Shown: piece after piece, positions 48,862 through 59,010 of the stretch | How positions within the stretch are numbered: position 1 is the stretch's first letter | Layout of the letters: every line of letters starts with the position of its first letter | DNA from: an uncultured Chloroflexia bacterium | GTDB taxonomy: Bacteria > Chloroflexota > Limnocylindria > Limnocylindrales > CSP1-4 | Direction of reading: 5' to 3' | Assembly: GCA_963763775.1 (NCBI GenBank) | Contig: CAVXPZ010000002.1 | Coordinates: forward strand, 28,331-92,330 | DNA length: 64,000 bases | Notes under the pieces: generated by a model | What the model was told of the DNA's origin: nothing | The model's input: the letters and a program-made list of their open reading frames with translations, nothing else | Databases searched by the model: none | Position numbers and translations under genes: made by a program

Positions 48862-51054
48862 CCCGTCCCTCCTCGAGCACGACCAGGGCGTCGACGGCGA
48901 TCGCGCCGGTCGCCGACGCGATGACCGGATTGAGGTCGACCTCGAGCACGTCCGGTCGATCGGCACCGAGCCGGCCCAGGGCGACGAGCATCGCCGCGAC
49001 CGCGGACCGGTCCACCGGCGGGCGTCCTCGGACGCCGTCGAGCAGCGCGCGGCCGCGCAGGTCGTCGAGCATCGCCATCGCCGCTCGAGGGGTGACCGGG
49101 GCCAGGCGGATCGCGACGTCGTCGAGGACCTCGGCGAGGATGCCGCCCAGGCCGACGAGGACCGCGGGTCCGAACTGCGGGTCGCGCTGGAGCCCGACGA
49201 TCAGCTCCACCCCCGGGTCCGCCATCGGCTCCACGAGCAGGCCTCGGACCTCGAGCCCGGACACCCGGGCCGCGTCGAGCATCCGCTCGGCCGCCGTGCG
49301 GACCGCCTCGTCGCCGACGAGCCCCAGGGCCACGCCGCCGACCTCGGTCTTGTGCCACACGCCCGCGGCATCGAGCTTGATCGCCACGGCGCCGCCGATC
49401 CCGCGGGCCGCATCGACCGCCTCCCCGGCGTCGGCCGCCGGCACGGGACGGACGACCTCGATCCCGGCCGCCCCGAGGAACGCGAGGCTCTCGCGTTCCG
49501 CGAGCGGACGCCCATGGCCCGCCGGTCTCGGCATGGGCTCGCGGTCCGCGCCGTACGACGTGCGGTCCGCGGCCAGCGCCGGCCAACCGCCCCGCCAGGG
49601 TCCCACGGCGTGGCGGTGGTCCCGCCGGGTGGTCCAGCGGGCGGTCTTGGCGATCGCCGTGAACGCTTCGACGCCACCGCGCAGCAACGGCGCGCCGCCG
49701 CCCTTCGTGTCCAGCAGCGCCTTCGTCTCGGCCGGTGGCTCGCCCGACGTCAGGGAGACGTAGACGGGCAGGATCGAGGGGCGGTCGGCGGTGGCCTCGA
49801 GCAGCTGGAAGGACACGTCGTTCGCCGTCCCCACCTCGGAGGGCAGTGACCGGTAGGGGAAGTCGTGCACGATCGCGAGCACGTCGTAGGCCCCGGAGGC
49901 CGCCATCGCCTCGAAGGCGGCCCCGTAGGCGACGGCCGGGTCGTCGGCGCCCCACGGATCGAGGGGGTTGCCGACGTAGCCCATCGTGGGCAGAGCGGCC
50001 AGGATCGCGGCGCGCGCGGCGTCGGGGATCGGCGGAAGGTCCACGCCGGTCTGCGGCACCTGGTCGGCGATGAGCGAGGCCTCCCCGGTCGACACCGTCA
50101 CGACCCCGGTCCGCCCGCGCCCGACGGAGCGCCCGGTCCGCCGCATCCCCTCGACGAGCTCGGCCGTCTCGAGCAGCTCGTCGAGGTCGGCACAGCGGAT
50201 GACGCCGGCCGCGTCGAGCGCCGCGTCGGTGATCCGGGCCTCCCCGGCGAGCGAGCCGGAGTGCGCGACGGCGGCCTGCTGCGCCTGGGGGCTGCGGCCG
50301 ACCTTGACCGCCATGATCGGCTTGCCCAGCTCGAGGGCGCGGTCCGCGAGCGCGAGGAACCGCTCGGGCCGCTTGAAGCCCTCGACGAAGAGGATGACCG
50401 AGGTGGTCTCCGGGTCGTCGAGGCAGAACGCGAGGTAGTCGCAGACGTCGAGGACCACCTCGGAGCCGCACGAGATGATCCGGCTGAACCCGACGCGCGA
50501 GCCCGAGTGGACGTACGCGTCGGTGACCGAACCCGATTGCGCGATCCCGGCGACGCCGCCGCGCGGCAGGTACGGCGAGACGTCGCCGATGTACGTCGCG
50601 GCGTTCGCCACGAGGTCGATGACGCCCATGCAGTTCGGTCCGAGGAGCGCGATCCCGTGCTCCCGCGCGATGCGGGCCACCTCGGCCTGCATGGCCGCCG
50701 CAGCCGGACCGCCTTCCACGACCCCACCGCCCGGGATGATCACCGCGGGCACGCCCGCCGCCGCCGCCGCCTCGGTCACGGACGCCGCCCGCAGCGGATT
50801 GAGGGCGACGACGGCGATGTCCGGCCGCTCGGGCAGCGCCTCGAGGCTCGGGTAGCACGGCTGACCGTGCAGCTCGTCGTACTTGGGGTTGACGAAGTGG
50901 CAGCGCGTCGCGCTGCCCATGGTCCGCAGGTTGTCGCGGACGGTCTCGGCGATCCAGCTCCGCGGCGAGGCGCCGACCACCGCGACCGACCGCGGCGCGA
51001 AGAGCGGGCGGAGGTCGATCTCGCCGGTGGCGCGCACCGCGGCCGGGTCGGTCA
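48848..51054 (-). CDS. acyl-CoA synthetase (NDP-forming): CoA-binding + ATP-grasp domains (acetate--CoA ligase ADP-forming family)
   Basis: N-terminal CoA-binding (SVAVVGASPR...) and succinyl-CoA-synthetase-like flavodoxin domains, then a C-terminal ATP-grasp domain; 735 aa. Confidence 0.8.
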
Positions 51055-52227
51055 TCCGACCACCCGGCCGACGCCGCGCTTCTCGAGGGCGCGGGCGACG
51101 ATCAGCCGCTGGATCTCCGAGGTCCCCTCCCAGATCCGGTCGACGCGCAGCTCGCGGAAGAACCGCTCCGCCGGGTACTCGCGCATGTAGCCGCGGCCCC
51201 CGAAGACCTGGACGACGCGGTCGGCGCATCGGAATGCCGCCTCCGAGGCGAACAGCTTGGCGAGCGAGGCCTTCGCGTGGACCACCTTCGGGTCGGCGCC
51301 GGTATCGGCCAGCCAGGCGCACTCGCGGGTGAGCAGGCGCGCCGCGGACGCGTCGGCGGCGGAGTCGGCCAGCGGGAACGACACGCCCTGGAAGTCGTAG
51401 ATCCGCTCACCGAACTGGATCCGCTCCGTCGCCCACTCGACGGCGAGCGTGAGGAGGCGCTCCATCGCGCCGCTGCAGCGCGCGCCGATGTGGATGCGCT
51501 CCTCGACGAACCACTCGTTCGTGAGCTCGTCCGCGCGGCCGACGCCGCCGAGCACGGCGCTCGCCGGGACGCGCACGCCGGACAGCACGAACTGGGGATG
51601 CCGGTCCGCGAAGGTGTGCATGTAGTCGGGGTCGTGGTTGACCCGGACGCCGGGAACGTCGTAGTCGACGAGGAACAGCGTGGGCAGGCGGCGGTCGCCG
51701 TCGACGACGTTGGCCTGGAAGATCATGAAGTCCGTGTCGTCCGGGCCCGTCACGAACCACTTCTCGCCATCGAGGATGTAATCGCCGGTGGCGGTGTCGC
51801 GGACCGCCGTCGCACGGATCGCGCGCGCGTCGGAGCCGGCCCCGTCCTCCGTGACCGCGTAGCTGCCGGAGCGCTCGCCGCGCATCGATGGGTCGAAGTA
51901 CCGGCGTTTCTGCTCCGCATCGCCGTGGACGAGCACGTTGTACGGGCCCGGGATGTACGACCACAGGCCGCCGGTCACCTGGCCGAGCTGCTCGTGGACG
52001 AGCACCTGCTCGAAGACCGACCAGCCCTGGCCGCCGAGTCCCACGGGGAAGTTGCCCCCGTGCAGCCGGGCCTCGATGGCGGCCCGACGGATCGGGTCAC
52101 CCCAATCGCGCGGCACCTTGCCGCCGGCACGCTCGAACTCCTGCTCCTTCGGCTGGAGCACGTCGTGAACGAACGCGCGCGCTCGCGCCTGGAGCTCGAG
52201 CTGGGCGTCGGTGAGCGTCAGGTCCAT
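51052..52227 (-). CDS. acyl-CoA dehydrogenase
   Basis: ACAD three-domain architecture. C-terminal ...QVFGGRGYMREYPAERFFRELRVDRIWEGTSEIQ. Confidence 0.85.
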   Translation of the reverse strand: MDLTLTDAQLELQARARAFVHDVLQPKEQEFERAGGKVPRDWGDPIRRAAIEARLHGGNFPVGLGGQGWSVFEQVLVHEQLGQVTGGLWSYIPGPYNVLVHGDAEQKRRYFDPSMRGERSGSYAVTEDGAGSDARAIRATAVRDTATGDYILDGEKWFVTGPDDTDFMIFQANVVDGDRRLPTLFLVDYDVPGVRVNHDPDYMHTFADRHPQFVLSGVRVPASAVLGGVGRADELTNEWFVEERIHIGARCSGAMERLLTLAVEWATERIQFGERIYDFQGVSFPLADSAADASAARLLTRECAWLADTGADPKVVHAKASLAKLFASEAAFRCADRVVQVFGGRGYMREYPAERFFRELRVDRIWEGTSEIQRLIVARALEKRGVGRVVG

Positions 52228-52287
52228 GGGCGCCAGTCTGGCGTACGCGGCGGGCGGCTCACGGGTCCCGTCGCGGGCCTCGGGACG

Positions 52288-53733
52288 TCAACCCGGCTGG
52301 GCGAGCACCATGATCCGGATCTCGGTCATGTCCTCCATCGCCCAGCGCAGCCCCTCGCGGCCGAGCCCGGAGTCCTTGACCCCGCCGTAGGGCATGTGGT
52401 CGATGCGGTAGGTCGGGATGTCGTTGACGATGACCCCGCCCACCTCGAGCTCGCCGAACGCCCGCCAGGCGCCCGCCAGGTCGTTGGTGAAGACGCCCGT
52501 CTGCAGCCCGAACATGCTGTCGTTGACCTTGGCGATGGCCTCGTCCATGGTCCGGAACGGGGCGGCCACCACGAGCGGGGCGAAGGCCTCGTTCGAGCAG
52601 ACCTGGGCCGTCGTCGGGACGCCGGTCAGGACCGTCGGCGGGAAGAACGTGCCGTCGGCCGTGCCACCCGCGAGGAGCGTGCCGCCCAGGGCGACCGCCT
52701 CGTCGACCCAGCGCTGGGTCCGCGCCGCCGCGGCGCCATCGACCATCGGCCCGACGTCGGTCGCCGGGTCGAGCGGGTCACCGAGCTTGAGCGACTTCAC
52801 GCCCTCGACGAAGCGGGACATGAACGCGTCCCAGACATCCTCGTGGATGAACGCCCGCTGCACGCTGATGCAGACCTGGCCGGCATACGCGAAGCCGCCG
52901 ATCAGGATCCGCTTGACGGCCCACTCGAGGTCCGCGCTCTTGTCGACGATGACGCCGGCGTTGCCGCCGAGCTCGAGGACGACCTTCTTCTTGCCGGCGC
53001 GCTCCTTCATGCGCCAGCCGACGCTCGGGCTGCCGGTGAACGTCAGGAGCTTGAAGCGCTCGTCCGCGACCATCCGGTCGCCGAGCTCGCGGGTCATCGG
53101 CAGGATCGAGACCGACCCGGCCGGCGCGCCCGCCGCCTCGACGATCTCGGCGACGGCCAGCATCACCAGCGGGTCCTTGGACGGCGGCTTGAGCACGATC
53201 GGATTGCCCGTCGCGATCGCCGGCGCGAGCTTGTGCGCGGCGAGGTTCAGCGGGAAGTTGAACGGGCTGATCGCGGCGATCGGGCCGATCGGGAACCGGC
53301 GCGTGATCCCGACGCGGTCCTTCGACGACGGCATGAGGTCGAGCGGGATGAGCTCGCCGGTCATCCGCTCGGCCTCCTCGGCGCCGAGGCGGAAGGTCAG
53401 CGTGGCGCGGTCGACCTCGACGAGCGCGTCGCGGATCGGCTTGCCGGCCTCGAGCGCGATGAGCCGGCCGAGCTCCTCGCGACGGTCCTTGATCCCCGCG
53501 CTGATCTCGCGCAGGATCCGCCCGCGCTCGTAGGCCGGCAGGTGACGCGTGACCTCGAAGGCGGCCACGGCCGCCTCGACGGCCGCCTCGTACTGGGCCT
53601 CGCTGGCATGGAACGTCGACCCGGCCGGGGTCGTGGGGTCCGCCGGATTGGCGACGACGAGCGGCTCGTCGGACTCGACCCAGCGGCCGGCCAGGAAGAT
53701 GGGATGGGGCTTGGTGCCGGCGACGATGGCCAT
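52288..53733 (-). CDS. NAD(P)-dependent aldehyde dehydrogenase
   Basis: ALDH motifs FTGSPSVG, catalytic ELGGNAG and the Cys loop GQVCIS. Confidence 0.85.
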   Translation of the reverse strand: MAIVAGTKPHPIFLAGRWVESDEPLVVANPADPTTPAGSTFHASEAQYEAAVEAAVAAFEVTRHLPAYERGRILREISAGIKDRREELGRLIALEAGKPIRDALVEVDRATLTFRLGAEEAERMTGELIPLDLMPSSKDRVGITRRFPIGPIAAISPFNFPLNLAAHKLAPAIATGNPIVLKPPSKDPLVMLAVAEIVEAAGAPAGSVSILPMTRELGDRMVADERFKLLTFTGSPSVGWRMKERAGKKKVVLELGGNAGVIVDKSADLEWAVKRILIGGFAYAGQVCISVQRAFIHEDVWDAFMSRFVEGVKSLKLGDPLDPATDVGPMVDGAAAARTQRWVDEAVALGGTLLAGGTADGTFFPPTVLTGVPTTAQVCSNEAFAPLVVAAPFRTMDEAIAKVNDSMFGLQTGVFTNDLAGAWRAFGELEVGGVIVNDIPTYRIDHMPYGGVKDSGLGREGLRWAMEDMTEIRIMVLAQPG

Positions 53734-53820
53734 CGGGAGGGGCTCCTGGGGCAAGCGGGTTGCGGTACCGTCGCATCGTACAACCCGGACCCACGGACCC
53801 GACGCTCAGGAGGCCGCCAG

Positions 53821-54644
53821 ATGGGCAACGGCACCGACCTGCGAGACGCGCTGCGCGTCCGACCCGGCTCCCGCATCCACCTCGAGAAGCTCGACCCCGC
53901 CGCTACCCACGGGCGCGACAAGGCCTCGGCGGCCGAGGCGACCGCGAAGCAGCTCGTGCGGCTCGGCGAGCTGCAGGACCGGTTCTGGGCCGAGGCGAAG
54001 CACTCGGTGCTCGTGGTCCTCCAGGGCATCGATGCCGCCGGCAAGGACGGGACGATCAACAAGGTGATGGAGGCCTTCAACCCGCAGGGGTGCCCGGTCA
54101 CCAGCTTCAAGGTCCCGAGCAGCGACGAGCTGGCCCACGACTACCTGTGGCGGGTGCACAAGGCGGTCCCGCGCAAGGGCGAGATCGGGATCTTCAACCG
54201 CTCGCACTACGAGGATGTCCTGATCGTCCGGGTCCACGACCTCGTGCCCAAGCGTGTGTGGTCCAAGCGGTTCCACCAGATCAACGAGTTCGAGCGCACC
54301 CTCGCCGAGAACGGCACCACCATCGTGAAGTTCTTCCTGTCGATCTCGAAGGACGAGCAGCGCGAGCGGTTCCAGGCGCGCTACGACGACCCCACGAAGC
54401 GCTGGAAGTTCTCGATGGCCGACCTGTCCGAGCGCGAGCGGTGGGACGACTACCAGGTCGCCTTCGACGACGCGATCTCGAAGACCTCGACCGACTGGGC
54501 ACCGTGGTACGTCATCCCGGCCGAACCGCAAGTGGTTCCGCAACCTCGCGGTCGCGACGATCCTCGCCGACACGATGGCCGGGCTCCGTCCCGCGTACCC
54601 GGCGGTCGCGGCGGACGTCCCCGCGGATCCTCGAGATCACCTAG
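53821..54644 (+). CDS. polyphosphate kinase 2 (PPK2) family; C-terminus disturbed by one or two apparent frameshifts (about 54525 and about 54620)
   Basis: ATG 7 nt after AGGAGG. Walker A GIDAAGKDGT and the PPK2 lid ...NRSHYEDVLIVRVH. The expected ...WYVIPA-NRKWFRNLAVATILADTMAGLRPAYP tail is in another frame. Confidence 0.75.
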
Positions 54645-55653
54645 GCGCGGGCGCCCGCGGCGGGACCAGCGTCCCCAGGGTCTCCGCCGTCGCCCGTTCG
54701 AACCCGCCCATCGCATCGGGCTCGAGACCTCGCACGGCGCGTTCCCAGGCGGCCGCCTTGGCGATCGGCGCCAGCCGGATGGCGCGGTCGGCGACCTCCG
54801 CCAGGGCTCGGGACGGGAGCCGGTCCGTCCACGCCTCGAGGTACGCGTCGCGCAAGCGGACGATCCCCGGCGCCGCGGTCGTCGTCCCGGTCCGGCGGGC
54901 GATGGAGGCCAGCGTCTGCGCGAGCGTCTGGAACGGGTGCGCCAGGGTCGCATCGCCCCAGTCGAAGAGGCGGAACCCGGCCCCGTCGACCAGCACGTTC
55001 CCGCCGTGCAGGTCGCCGTGGTCGATCGAGTCGGGGATCCCTGCGGCGGCGAGATCCGCCGCCGCGGCCTCCGCCATCCCGAGCCGCGACCGCAGCCGTC
55101 GGCGCGTCGCCGCCGCGCCGGCCCGCGCCCAGGGGGCCTCGTCGTCGAGCAGGCTCGCGAGGATCGTCGGCAGGCGGGCGGGTCGGGCATCCGGGATCCC
55201 GGTCGTGGCGAGGCTCGCGGCCCATGGCTCGGCGGCACGCTGCATCGCGGCGTAGCCCCGGAGCACACGCTCCCACGCCCCGAGGTCGCGGTCCCCGGAC
55301 CCGTCCGGTCCACGAGCACGGAGGGTCGGCCCGCCATCGTCGAAGAGCAGCCAGGCGCGACCGTGGTCGGCGGCCAGCGGGTAGAGCACGTGCGCCACCC
55401 CGTGCTCGGCCAAGGCGGCGAGCAGGGGGCCTTCGTAGGCCGGTCCGGGACCCGTCGCCTTCGACCAGGCCACGCCGCGGTCGGTCGGGATCCGAAAGGC
55501 GGTCGACCATGGCGTCAGGTGGGGCTGGTCCACCGTCCCGGCCACGTGCCGGCCGGCGGCGGCGAGCTCGGCCTCGGCCCAGGCCAGGTGTCCGGCTCGC
55601 CACGCTGGGTCGGTCCAGGTCGCCGTCCCGGTGGGGATGCCGCCGTCCGCCAT
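54637..55653 (-). CDS. phosphotransferase-enzyme-family kinase (APH/choline-kinase-like fold)
   Basis: Brenner motif HGDLHGGNVLVD and the downstream FDWGDA (DxD) loop. Confidence 0.7.
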   Translation of the reverse strand: MADGGIPTGTATWTDPAWRAGHLAWAEAELAAAGRHVAGTVDQPHLTPWSTAFRIPTDRGVAWSKATGPGPAYEGPLLAALAEHGVAHVLYPLAADHGRAWLLFDDGGPTLRARGPDGSGDRDLGAWERVLRGYAAMQRAAEPWAASLATTGIPDARPARLPTILASLLDDEAPWARAGAAATRRRLRSRLGMAEAAAADLAAAGIPDSIDHGDLHGGNVLVDGAGFRLFDWGDATLAHPFQTLAQTLASIARRTGTTTAAPGIVRLRDAYLEAWTDRLPSRALAEVADRAIRLAPIAKAAAWERAVRGLEPDAMGGFERATAETLGTLVPPRAPAPR

Positions 55654-55667
55654 GCGAGGGCTGCCGC

Positions 55668-57345
55668 CTACTTCGACTTGCCGCCGCCGAAGAGCGTCCC
55701 GAACACGCCGCGGATGATGTCCTGACCGAGGCGCGAGGAGACCACCTTCCCCCCGGTGCGGATGGCCGTGTCGATGGTCTTCTGCTGGGCCTTCGCGGCC
55801 TCGCGCTGCGCCTTGACCTCGGCCTGCTGCTGGCGCGTGCGCCTCGCGGGCGGCCTTGGCCTGCGCGGCCTCGATGGCCTTCTGCTGGCGGGCCAGCTCG
55901 CGTTCCTGCTGCGCCGGGGTCATCGTGTTCATCCCGGCCGCCGTGGTCGGGTCCACGCCGGCTCGCACCGCCGCGTCCGTGGCGGCCTGTCTCGCGGCGG
56001 CGATCTTCGCCGTGATCCGCTCGTACGCACTGTCCCGGTCGATGGTCTGGCCGTATTTCGCCTGGAGCGGGCTCATCGCGATGTGGCCGCGGAAGACGAC
56101 CTCCTCGACGGGCGCCATCAACGAGTCCGGCGGCAGCAGCCGGGTCGCCGCGAGCGGGGTCGGGACGCCCTTGGGCGAGAGGACCGTGACCAGCGCCTCG
56201 CCCGTCCCGAGCGAGGTGATCGTCTTCTCCACGTCGTAGAAGTCCGTCATCGGGAACGTGCGCGCGGTCTTGCGGAGCGCGTCGGCATCGACGGGGGTGA
56301 AGACGCGAAGCGCGTGCTGGATGCGGTTGCCCAGCTGGGCCAGGACCGGCGACGGCACGTCGGTGGGCGTCTGCGTGACGAAGTACACCCCCACGCCCTT
56401 CGAGCGGATGAGCCGAGCGGTCCGCTCGATCTGGTCGAGCAGCGCCTGCGACGCATCGTCGAAGAGCAGGTGCGCCTCGTCGAAGAAGAAGCACAGCTTG
56501 GGCTTCGGGAGGTCGCCTGCCTCGGGGAGGTTCTCGTACAGCTGCGCCAGCATCCACAGCATGAACGTGGAGAACAGCGCCGGCTTGTCCATGACGTCCG
56601 ACAGCTCCAGGACGCTGATGATCCCGGCCCCTTCGGGCGTCGACCGCATCAGGTCCGCGACCTCGAACTCGGGCTCGCCGAAGAAGACGTCCGCGCCCTG
56701 CTGCTCCAGCACGACGATCGACCGCTGGAGCACGCCGACCGAGGCCGGCGACATCCCGCCGTAGTCGGCGAGGTTCGCCTTCCCGTCGTCCGACGCGAGG
56801 TACTTGAGGGTCGCGGTCAGGTCCTTGAGGTCGAGCAGCGGGAGGTCGTTGTCGTCGCAGTACTTGAAGATCAGCGCGAGGATGCTGGTCTGCGTGTCGT
56901 TGAGCCCCAGGACCTTGCCGAGCAGCAGCGGTCCGAACGAGTGGACCGTGGCCCGCACCTGCGACCCGAGCTTGCCCGAGAGCGAGAGGAACTCGACCGG
57001 GTGTCCGGCGGCCTGGAAGGTCCATGCCATGGACGCCGCCCGCTCGACGACCTTCGGGTTCGCGGCATCCCCCGGCGCGGCCAGACCCGTCAGGTCGCCC
57101 TTGATATCGGCCACGAACACCGGCACGCCGGCCTGGGACAGCTGACCGGCGAGGAGCTGGAGCGTCTTGGTCTTGCCGGTCCCGGTCGCGCCGGCGATCA
57201 GGCCGTGGCGGTTCATCATCGAGAGCGCGACGGCCACGCGGGTGTCGTTGAACAACTCGCCGTCGCGCATCGCGCTGCCGATGGTCAGGCTCGGTTCCGT
57301 GAGCGAGTAGCCGGCCGTCATGGCGTCGCGGAACGCCTGGTCCAT
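55668..57345 (-). CDS. DUF853-family HerA/FtsK-like P-loop ATPase (YjgR-like); apparent frameshift near 55840
   Basis: ATG 5 nt after GGAGGGA. Walker A GATGTGKTKT and Walker B FFFDEAH. The YjgR-type tail ...RTGGKVVSSRLGQDIIRGVFGTLFGGGKSK-stop is in a different frame from the body. Confidence 0.7.
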
Positions 57346-57445
57346 GGGTCCCTCCGGGAGCGCGAACGGGTCGTTCAGGGGAGGTCGCAAGCGTATCATC
57401 GGGCCGAACGCGTGCCATGTCGGTGACGGTCAGGGAGGACGGACG

Positions 57446-57853
57446 TTGGGAAGCATCGATGATGTCGAGGGCATCGGCCCCACGTATGCCGGGAAGCTCG
57501 CCGCGGCGGGAGTGAAGACCACGGACGACCTGCTCGCCGCCGGCGCCAAGCCGTCGGGCCGCACCTCGCTCGCAGGATCCACGGGCATCGACCAGGCGCT
57601 CATCCTCGAGTGGGTGAACCACGCCGACCTCATGCGTATCAAGGGCGTCGGCTCGGAGTACTCCGACCTGCTCGAGGCCGCCGGCGTCGACTCACCGGCC
57701 GAGCTCGCGCAGCGCAATGCCGCGAACCTGGCGATCACGTTCCAGGAGGTCGTCGCCGCCCGACCGGGCATCGTCCGACGCGTCCCGAGCGAGAGCGAGG
57801 TCGCCGGCTGGATCGATCAGTCGAAGGGCCTCGACAAGGTCGTCGAGCACTGA
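57446..57853 (+). CDS. DUF4332-domain protein (HhH-like, about 135 aa)
   Basis: TTG after GGGAGG. IDDVEGIGPTYAGKLAAAGVKTTDDLL and a second HhH-like motif IKGVGSEYSDLLEAAGVDSPAELA. Confidence 0.5.
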   Translation: MGSIDDVEGIGPTYAGKLAAAGVKTTDDLLAAGAKPSGRTSLAGSTGIDQALILEWVNHADLMRIKGVGSEYSDLLEAAGVDSPAELAQRNAANLAITFQEVVAARPGIVRRVPSESEVAGWIDQSKGLDKVVEH

Positions 57854-57878
57854 TCGCTCGGCACGGGAGGTCCTGCCG

Positions 57879-58250
57879 ATGGGTGGGTTCCGCGAGTTCC
57901 TGACCAAGAGCAACGCCCTGGCCCTGGCCATCGGCGTGATCATCGGCGCGGCGCTCGGCAGCGTGGTCAACACGCTCGTCAACAGCGTGATCATGCCGCC
58001 GATCGGCTACGTGCTGGGCGGCGTGGACTTCGCCTCCATGAAGACGGTCCTCGGGCACGACAGCAAGGGCGCCGAGATCTCGATCGGCTGGGGACTGCTG
58101 ATCAACTCACTGATCGTCTTCGTCATCGTGATGCTGGTCGCGTACGTGCTCAGCAAGATGTTCATCAAGGAGGGCCCTCCGCCCGGTCCGTCCCCGGAGG
58201 AGACCCTGCTGACCGAGATCCGCGACGAGTTGCGCAAGCGACCCGCCTGA
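57879..58250 (+). CDS. mscL: large-conductance mechanosensitive channel MscL
   Basis: ATG after GGGAGG. MGGFREFLTKSNALALAIGVIIGAALGSVVNTLVNSVIMPPIG is the MscL TM1 signature; 123 aa. Confidence 0.9.
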   Translation: MGGFREFLTKSNALALAIGVIIGAALGSVVNTLVNSVIMPPIGYVLGGVDFASMKTVLGHDSKGAEISIGWGLLINSLIVFVIVMLVAYVLSKMFIKEGPPPGPSPEETLLTEIRDELRKRPA

Positions 58251-58278
58251 CCGGCCCGACGAACCCGATCGCGCGACC

Positions 58279-58304
58279 ATGGCCCGCCGGCGACGGCGGG
58301 CCAT
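58279..58304. terminator. GC-rich hairpin between convergent mscL and the downstream minus-strand gene (bidirectional terminator candidate)
   Basis: ATGGCCCGCCg-gcga-cGGCGGGCCAT: an 11-bp perfect stem that starts 29 nt after the mscL stop. Confidence 0.55.
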
Positions 58305-58310
58305 CGCGAT

Positions 58311-58958
58311 TCAGGGCGGCGCGCCACGCCTCGGGATCTCGACTCGGGCAAGGAGGGTGGTCCGCCGGTCCGACATCGTCCGATTGGTCGAGACGAGCTC
58401 GACGGCCTCCGGGCTGAACCCGGCATGACGGACGCGCCGGACCCGCTGGACGGCGTCGAAGAGCTCGCGGGACGGGGGCCGCGTGAACCGGATGAGGTTC
58501 GCCCAGAGCAGACGGCCGGCGACGATGCCGCCGATCCCGCCGCGGCCGGCGACCGCCCATCGACGCGCAAGTTCTCGCCGGGCACCCCGGAGATCGAGGT
58601 CGACCTCGTCGAGTGCCGCGAAGACCGAGGTATCACCCACCCCGATCCGGACCACCTTCAGGGACCCGCCGACGAGCCTCGGCGCGACCGCCAGCAGGTC
58701 CGAGATCGCCACGGCCGTCGTCTGCCCGTCGGGTACGTGGATGGGACCACAGACCGTGACGTGGATCGTCCGAGCCGGGCACACGTACTGTCCGGGCTGC
58801 GCCTGGGCGATCGTCTCGGCCACCGCCTCGAGCCGGGTCGCAAGGCCTGCCGGCAACCGGATGACGCTCGTGGCGAACGAGGCCGGCGCGTCCGGGTCGG
58901 CACCGTCCGGGTCCAGGCGATCTCGCCGGAGGCCGAGGCCGGTGCGTCGACGCACCAT
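58311..58958 (-). CDS. hypothetical protein (one H-x-T-x motif; possible 2H-phosphoesterase-like); start uncertain
   Basis: The ORF has an Arg-rich 5' extension, so the start is set at MVRRRTGL. Contains IHVTV but no clear second 2H motif. Confidence 0.3.
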   Translation of the reverse strand: MVRRRTGLGLRRDRLDPDGADPDAPASFATSVIRLPAGLATRLEAVAETIAQAQPGQYVCPARTIHVTVCGPIHVPDGQTTAVAISDLLAVAPRLVGGSLKVVRIGVGDTSVFAALDEVDLDLRGARRELARRWAVAGRGGIGGIVAGRLLWANLIRFTRPPSRELFDAVQRVRRVRHAGFSPEAVELVSTNRTMSDRRTTLLARVEIPRRGAPP

Positions 58959-59010
58959 CCAGTCGGCATCGATGACGGCGGTCGTCAGCGACGTCACGCG
59001 GGTCGGCGAC

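Noticed and set aside
48825-50858. 677-aa minus-strand ORF, and the 49865-51190 plus-strand ORF
   Set aside because: Off-frame or antisense to the ADP-forming acyl-CoA ligase gene
51277-55725. 1482-aa plus-strand ORF
   Set aside because: Antisense to the acyl-CoA dehydrogenase and aldehyde dehydrogenase genes and out of frame through PPK2. The composition is Arg/Gly/Asp-rich with no motifs
54641-57622. 993-aa minus-strand ORF
   Set aside because: Alternate frame of the APH kinase and DUF853 ATPase. Only its short segment around 55668-55840 carries real sequence (the DUF853 C-terminal tail)
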